Positions 53,725-64,000 of a stretch of DNA of 64,000 nt are shown in pieces. The translations under genes and the position numbers were made by a program. Source of the stretch: Phoronis australis (lineage: Eukaryota > Animalia > Phoronida); contig NMRA01000064.1 in NCBI GenBank assembly GCA_002633005.1, positions 62,001 through 126,000 on the forward strand. The letters run 5' to 3'. Below the pieces are notes generated by a model, which saw only the letters and a list, made by a program, of their open reading frames with translations, was not told where the DNA came from and searched no databases. Every line of letters begins with the position of its first letter. Within the stretch, counting starts at the first letter, position 1.

Positions 53725-54576
53725 ATTCTAGGACATTATTTTAATAAAATCTTGGATTTCTAGTTGACAATATTGCCCGTGTCAAAATACTCTTTGAATC
53801 CCATTTTTGCCAACAGGATTAATGGTAACTTATATATTTCCTAAAACAAAAGATGCTGTCCAATTTTGTTTTTTGTTTTTTTTGTTTTTTTTGAAGCAGT
53901 TGACATCCCTCGTCACGCTTTCTATGAAAATGCTATATTCACTCTCAAGACACTTTTTATGCTAACCTTTCCTATGAATGGCGTAACTTGTGCTGCATGG
54001 AGTTGCTAATTTCACAACATATTTTGAATGAAGTGTTATGGTTTCAGATAGTCCGCTTATGGGCTATCAAATGTTGCAGAAAAGTGATGCCTAACAGGTC
54101 AATAACACATTTATCCAGCAAAAGGTTTATTAAAGTTGTGTTATGTCTCCAAAATTTTACATTTTCAGTGTTCAAGTTTGTTTCCTATTTGCACAGGAGA
54201 GATCATTGTAAACCTCCTCACACTAAAATAAGAATATTCATTCCTCTGAACTCGTGTAAAAAGTGTACACTTTTTGTGGAAGTAAGTTTAAAGCGAAAAA
54301 CTTTTGATTTAGATCACTAACCACTAGAAATTAGAAATTTGGTCTTAATTTGTTTTTACTGATGATTTGCTATTCCTGGAGATCATTTTCTCCAAATACA
54401 ATGACACGCACAACAAGAAAGCTAGTCTGTTATAAAAAGTGTTTCTAGTCTTTGGTTCAATAAACATTTAATATTTGAAACTGAGTTGAGAGCACTTCAC
54501 TCAGTGTAATCAAGTCGGGACATTTTCAGAGACCCAGAAATGTACTACTTGAAACATGTTGGGGCCTGTTTAAAAT

Positions 54577-54698
54577 GCCAGGTGTATTGCCTTGGAGTCC
54601 CATCCTGCCAGGTGTACTACCTATGAGCCCCATCCCACCAGGTGTACTGCCTGTGAGACCCATCCCACCAGGTGTACTGCCAACAAGCCCCATCCCAT
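54577..54698. repeat. 30-bp tandem repeat, about 4 copies
   Basis: CCAGGTGTACTGCCTGTGAGCCCCATCCCA-like units between the GDE1 and ankyrin-gene 3' ends. Confidence 0.85.
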
Positions 54699-55479
54699 GC
54701 AGACATGATACCAACATGGACAACTACAAGTTGGTGTAACTTTCCTCATCCCAGAAGTTTCCTTTAGCAAACATAATACCTCAACAAAATTCACAATCAA
54801 AATGTACATGTGCCTACGTAATAGCGATTCTACCAGTTAAAACAAGTTATGCACTAGCAACTCACTGCTGTGTTGATTTAATAAATTCCAGAAACCAGTG
54901 TTTTGAAATTTTTTGCTGTAAAAAATTAAAAAATTTTCTTTAAATTTTAATACACGTGAACGAAGTGAAATTAAATTCCTGTAAAACTGCAATAAGTTAT
55001 TAAGTCTAGAATGCCAGGGAACTAAATTTATTTTCGAATTATATTGAGCACATACTTAAACACAGACAGTGGTCAATAGAAAAAGGGTTAACCATAACAA
55101 AAATAATTGACCACAACAAATGACATGCAACAAGCTATAAGAGAACAAATATGAATCACATAACATGATAATACAAAGATTGATAACAACCACATTTAAA
55201 TCTGATACAATTTCTCCAATTTGCCATCTCATAGTCTATGGCCCACGAAGTATAGCACTGCATTTGATAAACAACGGACAAACAAAGCAACAAAAAGAAA
55301 ACACAATCATAAGCAAACTGAAAATAAACAAAAACATCACATCTTCTGAGACTAGATAATAATTTCACGAAGAACTACTTCGAGACAAAATGTCAGCGAT
55401 ACAAATTGAACAACAGTAAATGCTTTGAATATTCAGTGGATATGAATCATGATCAGTGAACAGTACATAAACGTCCTGT

Positions 55480-58400
55480 TCAAGTGGAGTTTTCAACTGT
55501 TGATGTGCCTTCAGCTGACAAGGAAGACGTTTTTGAGTTCGATCTCTTGATGAGGTATTGGGTAAGGTTGACGTTCTCAATACCAGCCAACAGGTCTTCT
55601 ACATCTTTCCCAGCATCCTCTGCCAGACTCGCACCAGAGGTCACATCACTACTCGCAGGCTGATTGAGAATGGAAGCACCAGTCTCTTCTGCAGAATTTG
55701 AATCAAGATGGACACTACCATCTTTCAATCCACCTCCATTATAATCCTTGTTCCCATTCTGACCTCTATCGTCATCACATTCATCAACATTCCCCATTCC
55801 CACACTGCTTTCAGCATTGAGCGGACAATCTACAATTTCAACCTCTGTACTTTCGTCACCGACATCATCTTCAACTGCACTATCATTTCCATTTTTTGCG
55901 CTCGATACATCTGTGGAACCCAACTTCATGTCTTCCCTATTGCCATCTTCTTCAACATCTTCAGTAGTTTTCTGACAGTCATCGTCAGTGGCTGCTGCTA
56001 CAGCACAATCCTCCTCACATGCATTGTTTGGGTTGTATTGTCCCATGTCTTCCTTAACACTTCTCCCATCAGCATCATCAACGTCTGCCTCACAAACCAC
56101 AGTCACAACAGGATCATCTTCAACTCTCTTTTCATCATTGTTATCTCCAGCACTTTCAGATACACACCCTGATTTTTGGCCATTTTCCTCATCCTCTTTT
56201 TCTGCTTTAGTTTCCACCTTCTCATCCTTTTCTTCCTCTTCCCCAGCTTCTTCCTTCTCATCTTTGCCAGTCGAAGGTGATGAAGAAGATGCCATTTGTT
56301 GGCTCTCATTTTCTTGCTGGTCATCTGCATCCTTGGTTTCAACAAAATCTGCGGACTCCCCCGTCGGTGAATTCTGATCTTTATCTTTCAAACCATCACT
56401 GCTCGAGATGGTTGGTGGAAGCTCCTCTTTTTCCGGAGAACTGAGATCAGGAAACAGTTGCCTGACTTCTTCAGACCTCGCTCTGTCAACAGCAAGCTCA
56501 CCTCTCTGCAATATGACACAATTGTTCTAGGGTACAGTAAGCATGTACATAAATGTGCGTTGTTTTAATTTAACAGCAATCTTTAATGGATGACATGCGG
56601 TATTTTGCAAATGATTTTTCTTGAAGCAAACCACAAATCACCTTTGTTCACTAACTCGGGTAAAATTTCTATAAAAGGATGTTACACTAGCACACTGTTA
56701 GGTTAACCTGATATGGAGATCAATTTTAAGGCAATAGTAGTGTCCTTAATTCAAAACCAGATGCTTTTGACAGAAAAAAATGCTGAGTATGGGTACTTTT
56801 TTAAGTATGCGCTGAAAGAACCAATTACTCCAGATTTGACTTGACCTTAAAATTATAACTTACTCTGCCTTTCAGTGATGAATTAATGCCAGACTCCAAA
56901 AGGAACTTCACAATGTCGGCCTGATCTCTGTCAGAAGCCCAGTGTAGAGCTGTCCAACCATTCTGAAAAGGAGCATTGAAAATTCAGTTATAAAGGAAAT
57001 CGTGTAAAACTGAATACATTTCAAGGTAGTCAATTATGCAACAAAATCAACCACTGGATATTCAAGGCTTATTAAATGCAATTACAATTGACTGAATTTT
57101 AAAGAACACATGCCCAGCGTCTGTCTAGCTCAAGGTGGAAAATTTTGCCCTCGACAAAGATATCAGTTCCACAAAAATAAAACTGTTTAAAATTATGAGT
57201 CTTAAGAGTTGCTAAGTTTCATATTTTGACGCTTTAACTAAGAGAAGTTCTATCAGGCCTGTCCGATTATATTGCAGCACTTGTTGATGATTCTTTAATA
57301 CTTGTGTTATTATAATGCCACACTTTTTGATGGTTCTCACATTCAACTGACAAATTACAACTATTGTGGCATAGAAATTAACACGATTTAACAAAATTCA
57401 TAAATTCATTTTAAAGGGTGTTAAATGGCTAATAAACCCAAACCTTCGGTCAGAACACTAAGACCACATACTGTTATAAAATCATTTAAATTCTGTTTCT
57501 TACTTTCGAGGTTAGAAATGCTTTCTAAGCTTGAGAAGAACTAATGAGCTCATTAAGTTTCTCATCACCTGTGGTTAGTTTCAGTCGTCTATACACCATG
57601 GCCATCAGGGTAATGCCAAGCAACTCTATGTATTAACCAATTGTAATGCAATCAAAGGATAAGACAATGAAGTTACTTGGGAGTACGCCTATGACAAAAG
57701 TTAACATTTTTTAAACCGGGCCCGGGATGTAATCTTTTTACTTGAACTTGAACTCGAAATTATTTTTGGCATTTTCTATTCTTTTTCGTGCAAACAAATT
57801 ATCAGTGTCTATTAGTCTGTACTCGAGTATATAATGACTTGCATGAATAACTTTCTAATCCAGGTATTAAGATTAAAAGCTAGTCTGATTTCAAAATTTC
57901 AAGTTTTTATTAAAAATCTCGAGTTTTTACTAGAGTTTGCAGCTCAAATCTAGAGGTTATCAAGTGCAAATTTGAACTAGAAACTCATTTGCATAAACCA
58001 TAATATACTCAAGGACAGAATAAGAGACACCATTCTTAAATTTGCACAAACTTAGGCAGACTAGAAAATGCCAAAGATAAGTTCGGTTTCAAGTACAAAG
58101 ATTAGATGCAGGGCCCAGGACATGTTTCATAGGACAGTTTGCCCCAACTAGATCCATCTTTCTGAAACGCTCTGCACTTAACCAATGAACACTCACTGTG
58201 CCTTGAGAATCGATCAAACAGCCACTCTGTACTAGTTGCCTGGCAACTTCTAAGTGTCCATGGTAACAGGCAAACATGAGAGGAGTGAAATCTGCCTAAA
58301 ACAACAGCATTCAATTTGATAACTCGAAGTTACGTTACACTGAAGAAGGCACCAAGTTCCATCAAATTCCACCACTTCACACAACAGGCAACATACAACA

Positions 58401-61400
58401 GAATATCCTGATTCAATGTAAAAATACACTTACCGGTAATTCATCAAAGCCAATGGTCGGATAAAACGTGCCCGAATTTTGGGAACCATTTTCTCCACTG
58501 AATAACGGGCATCAAATTGGTTCTCAGAATACGGGCACTGTATATCCGACTATTGCCCAAAGCCAAAGCAATTTTTATTAAACTTGTTTCAACGTTCAAA
58601 CAAAAATTTGTTATGGGATTTACAAATTTCTGATGTACAATTCAGGAGATGAGGAGCAGTAGTTTTCCAATTGGCAAAACTCAGTGGAATATTCAACATG
58701 CTTTGCTTCAATTTATTTTGAAAATTAACTTTTGCATAACTTTGTATAAGCTCTGTTTCTTCCCTTTAGGCAGCCTTGAATTACAGATTTGCTGTGACTG
58801 TCTAAGACTCATTTTTGTTTGGTGTCTCGGATATTTTTGTTGAGAGTTTGCACTTGAGGAAGACCAAGACAAATGGATTATGACTTCTCTTGGCTCCTTC
58901 TGTCAATATCTCATGTTGTTTTGCTGTAATATCCCATGATGCTTTGCTGTATTTAATACACCACAATGGGTGTACAGTAAGTCTTACTCTATTTAACCAC
59001 AATGGGTGTATATTAAGTCTTACTCTATTTAACCACAATGGGTGAATATTAAGTCTTACTCTATTTAACCACAATGGGTGAATATTAAGTCTTACTCTAT
59101 TTAACCACAATGGGTGTATAGTAGGTCTTACTCTATTTAATCACAAGGGTGTATATTAAGTCTTATTTTATTTAACCACAATGGGTGTATATTAAGTCTT
59201 ACTCTATTTAACCACAATGGGTGTATAGTAAGTCTTACTCTATTTAACCACAATGTGTGTGTACATTAAGTTTTACTCTACTTAACCACAATGGGTGTGT
59301 ATTAAGTCTTACTCTATTTAAAGTGGCTATAACCCCACCTTCCGTCACAAATATCTTTATTCAGACCACCATTACAAAATTTGCCTCAACTTGTTCTTTA
59401 GTCGAAATAGACTTCTGGGTTTAGAAAGAACCTGACAGTTAGTGTCAATTTATTCACCAAGCATGGCCTCAAGCAATATCAAACTATCAGTACTTTGTAA
59501 GATCCAAATCCCTTCTCATCCCACTACAGAACAACTTGATGAACACTTTAAACCAGTAAGTGCTCTAAATCAGAAGTTAGTTTCTTCGACGAAGTGTGGA
59601 TTTATTGCTGGTTTACACTGCTGTAGACGTTCAAGTTACACTCCACTCACCTCACCAAGGTCACTACTCTTAGCGTTGATGTCACATCCAGCTTTTATCA
59701 GTTTGGCAGCTATCTCTCCCAACATGTCCTGGTCTGCGCTAGGGCTGCGTGCACACTCATGTAATGCAGTGCGCTCATCCTGCATGAAGACCATTAAAGT
59801 TACAATGAACATGGCTTTGACAGGTCAAAATGGCAAAATTTAAATTAAGACAAAAATAAGAATGAAGCTGTTTATAAACAAAAATAATGCCTGTGAGCTC
59901 CATTCTGACCACAGAAAAACCATAGAAAATATGAAATGTGTTAATAGTTTACAGCCTTGAACAGCTGCGTCAATGTCATTGTGTCCAACTACTTTTGATG
60001 TGTACTGTACCTTGTTTTTCAGGTGTACGTCACATCCTCGCTCAAGAAGAACCTCCACAGCAGAAGGTTGGCACCAGTAGGCTGCCATGATGAGAGGTGA
60101 CCAACCAGTCTAGAACATAAAACACCCACCATGAAAATGGCAAGGCTATACCAAATCAGTGGATAAGGAAAAGGATTGTGCAACTTCAACAGTACAAGCC
60201 CAACTTAACTGAATCCCAAATCCTTTTTATGAACATCGATGCACTATACACTTTCATTGCAAGGCACACGTAGCACCATAAAGACATGAATTAAACTGAG
60301 GATGATTCTAATGGTTTTAATGTCAACTCATGGCATGCAACCATAGTGTGCAACAGAATTTGGCTATGGATCAATTTATTTACAAGTGTAGGGGTGATTA
60401 CACAACATTCAGCAAAATATTCAATCAAGGAAGTCGTTGATTCCCTACCAACTTGGTAAATCCAAGAAAGCTGGTTGTTTAAATAGTGCCTAACATTTTG
60501 AAACTAGCGCAAGCACACAGGGAAAATAAAGTCTTGTCAAACCCTTACGACAGAACTTGAAGATTTCCAACCACACTCGGGTATCTGGGGATTTCCCAGG
60601 CTCTTGACAGATTTCCCCACTGGACAGAAAAATTCCCTAACATGACCAAGAGCCCGACACAAAAACCTAATGGCATGTTTCCCTGGTCTGTGAATTGACG
60701 CTAAGAAATAGCTTTTAAAAGTTTCAAGTTTTAGTTATTTTGAAACCAACCTTGTCAACTGGATTGAGCTGTGATTTATTGTCTAGAAGAATATTGATGA
60801 TCTCCCCAAAACCTTTCATGGCAGCATGATGAATCGGAAGACATTCTCTCTACAAAAAAGAAGACTTTCAGGATGCCTACAAGAGAACCAATAACACGAC
60901 TGCTCTACTTCAATTCTGCATAGCTTAAATGCAGCAATCTCACGTGCTCCCATGTTTGTCTATTTTCAGACCCCCAAGTAAAACGCATCCTTTCAAATAA
61001 CTTGACAATGGTTCATAATGCAAATTTTTGTTTGCAGTTTGATCGTAAATGAGACAAGAACTTTAAGACATAAAACTATCGAAGCACTCCAAGGAAAGAA
61101 CTACTATCAAGATGTGTACAAACAGCAAGACAGGAATTCACCATTGTCAAACAATATAATAATTTGAAGTCAACCATCAGAACTTTTAAATAAACCATTC
61201 TTAGATGTTTTCTGCACTTCAAACGCTGGGATATTTACAAGGTCCCCAAATGAAATCACATTCATGCCAAGACTTGTACGATGACACTTGGCTTACCTCA
61301 AAATCCTACTGCTGCTGCTGATTTGGTTATTGGTCCAACTATGTTGCACACCCAGCAGAATTAATGAGAAATGTAATATGGCAATATTGTACAAAAGTTT

Positions 61401-62575
61401 TAGGTTGTAAAAGTCATTACTTGTCCGATTTTCAACTTCAAAAACCTAACCACGAGTACTTTACACGAAATATTCACATACATTATTTATAAATAAATTT
61501 CAAATCGAAAATTTGAAAAATACTATTGTCGCCGCCAGTGTGTTTATGATGGGTCTGATTATCTAGAGAACAACATCAGCAGCCTTTGGCATCCAGAGGC
61601 GATATAATTGCCTACAACTGCATGGTGCCTTTGACCATAGCAGCAGATTGTGCAGTACGCAAACCAGTTGAGTTACCCAATCTCAACCAGTAAGGGTGTC
61701 CATGTAGGATTCTTTTCATGTTGTCAACCCAATCAAGCAATGATAATCCATGATTGTTACAACCATGCTTGAAAAAGAATATGTCTGCTTGATACTGACC
61801 TCGTCTTTGACATTTACATCACACTTGGCTTCGATAAGAAGCTTGACAATATCTGGCTTCCCTTGTGACGCCACGTGAATAGCGCAAGAATTATGCTGGA
61901 AAATCAACAGTCTATGTTTAACAAAAACTCAAAATAGTTCACTCTCATATTGAATGACAGGAGAGACTTGAAAACAATGAATAAGCAGACTTTATAAACC
62001 CAGGAGTGGTGTGAAGAATAGTTAACTTGCAGTGAAAAAAGTTACTTTGTTGGGCAAAAACCCATATCGTGAATTCAACACTCTACTATTCCGGAGGTAG
62101 AGAAACGCATTGTATAATAACTTCCAAAAGTTTAGGCTGCACACCTCTGAGCCGAGTTGGATATTTTGATGTAACATTTTGATACGTTCTTCGATAAGTG
62201 CCCTATGGATATGCAGCATAGATGCTAATATACAGCAGAATCAGTGTGGCACTTTGGAATTTCACTAAGTGGCTATTTGTGGTAACCATGCAGGGGAAAG
62301 TTTGGGTATCTGAACAAAAATCTTGCCACTCTTCAGCCAACAAAGTTTGTCTAAAACAACGTCTCTGAATGACACCTTAAGTCCATGTTTCACACAATGC
62401 AAACCAACCTGAAAACAGAATAGCATGCTTCTGAAATGTTAACATCTTAACCACTTACAGTATAAGAGACCCAGTTCACATCTATTCCTTCTTGTAAAAA
62501 CTTCTTGACCTTAGCTGTATGGCCAAATCCACACGCCTCCCAGAAAGCTTCTTGTTTACTGTTGGCTGCTCCCAT
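55480..62575 (-). CDS. Ankyrin-repeat protein with N-terminal MGxxxSK motif and acidic disordered C-terminus
   Basis: Exons 62575-62459, 61895-61800, 60849-60751, 60109-60011, 59779-59651, 58295-58197, 56962-56864, 56505-55480. All introns are phase 0, and four exons are exactly 99 nt (one ankyrin repeat each): LPIHHAAMKG, GWSPLIMAAYW, FTPLMFACYHGHLEV, GWTALHWASDR. The last exon is D/E/S-rich. Confidence 0.9.
58960..59321. repeat. 36-bp minisatellite, about 10 copies
   Basis: Unit CCACAATGGGTGTATATTAAGTCTTACTCTATTTAA, in an ankyrin-gene intron. Confidence 0.93.
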
Positions 62576-64000
62576 ACTGGATAATCACTGAAATCAAATG
62601 AGCAAGTCGTGTCATATTATTGCTACTATAATAGACAAGTAATTTACACTGCCAGTAGCTATTGTTTCATAATACCTCATGTGACATGGGTTCCACTGTT
62701 GTTGGGCACCAATGTAGAAAACTCCACAAGTACAGAGATTTCAACACAGGATCTTTGGTGTGCAAGTCAAGCGTTGAAGCCGATAACCCAACAGCAAATT
62801 GTCCATTGGAAGCCATTTGAGGAGGCTTTACTCAACTGTATGTCACACTCGGTAGTCACGTACCGCAATATCAACAGAGTCTTGAGATGGCTGTCCATGA
62901 TCGAGTGCAACCATGGTACAATACTGTACAAGTAAACAGCTTTGAACCAATGTAGGTAAAAAACTGGCCAAATAAAATGTGACTCAAAATTACTAACCAC
63001 ACTCTTATGAATGCTAAAATAACTATTTTACCCTTAATCTGATCCCTAATTTATGGAGTGGTAAGATGCCTAGGCTTTCACCACCATAAAAGAGTGACAC
63101 CTATTGACCAATTATTTCAAGCAACAGGCTGCGTACAATTAAAAAAAATATCACAATAGGTTTCCATTCATTATAAGTCTGTAGTATTTAATTAGGTAGA
63201 AAACCAAATAACTGAGCAAATTTTGCTTCAGAAAAGCTGTCGTCTCCCGAAAGATGTTGCAAAAAAGATTAACAAATGGTGTGTGTCACAAGCACATGTT
63301 TTGAAATTGATGACAAACTTATCTTTGTAACAAAAGTTAGAGAATGATTTAAGAAAACGATGTTTATAAGAGTGTTTTTCACTTAAACGGCAGTAATGAG
63401 CAATGGCAGTGTCAGTTGACTACGAGGTCTGTATAAAATTAACACGCATCAATTCCTGGCTACATTTTGACAAAAGTCTTCATACTGGCTAGCTCAACAG
63501 TAGGTGATGACATATCAGCCTGTATACTGCAAGATTTTCTGTAAATTATGCTCAACTCTGGCTAAACTCCAAAGTCACGTTACTATATATAACTTTCGAC
63601 TGTAGATTGACACCTTTGTAGACAGTTGGAGTCTACCAACAATAACAAATATTCCAACAGTCAAGACCTTTTCCCAAATAGTCCTTCATTCACTAATGCT
63701 CAAAAGATGGCTGCCAAGACTGCACCTCCTGCCACAAAATGGAGTCGTTGGCACACAAAGACACGGACCAGAAAGAAATCTCAATTACCGATGTATAACC
63801 TTTTTTAACTGGAAAGATTTAAAGACATCAATGACCTCCAAAGGCATCCTTCTATGGTTGTACAGTACCACAAACTAACGTGACTTTGATGGTTTGATAA
63901 TGATAACCAGGTAAAATGTTGTAGTAATAGCCGAGATTACTCAACCTGGGAACCGAACTAGCAACCTGAATAAAACCAGCATTATACGTGCTAACCATTC

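Noticed and set aside
55708-56377. Long plus-strand ORFs (154 and 129 aa)
   Set aside because: Antisense shadows of the low-complexity acidic exon. Likewise the ORFs opposite the DDX54 and ZU5 exons.
58802-59110. ORF with repeated WLNRVRLNIHPL
   Set aside because: Translation of the 36-bp intronic minisatellite; no splice or homology support.

Overview
AT-rich, intron-rich animal genomic DNA, not prokaryotic. It looks like a bilaterian invertebrate draft assembly (single-N contig joins); the taxon is an inference. Five spliced genes were reconstructed by hand from splice sites and reading frames. (1) The 3' part of the DEAD-box helicase DDX54/Dbp10 (+, 13 exons, 10052-27374), which includes a GT-AG U12-type intron. 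(2) An unnamed ZU5 / UPA-like / death-fold-like gene with an HF|T motif (-, 29843-35970). (3) TTC32 (-, 43840-47799). (4) GDE1 (+, 47896-53724), head-to-head with TTC32 with only 96 bp between start codons. It has two homologous 212-nt exons separated by a 46-nt intron (predicted mutually exclusive), and a 24-copy minisatellite that multiplies the upstream splice donor. (5) A putatively N-myristoylated ankyrin-repeat gene with a long acidic tail (-, 55480-62575). Introns hold Kolobok-like THAP elements, LINE and Penelope relics, foldback/MITE palindromes and minisatellites. Two N-joined duplications are probably assembly artefacts. The strongest candidates for something new are the GDE1 exon-switch locus and the PIDD/UNC5CL/CARD8-like ZU5 protein. 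No database search was possible, so novelty is unverified.
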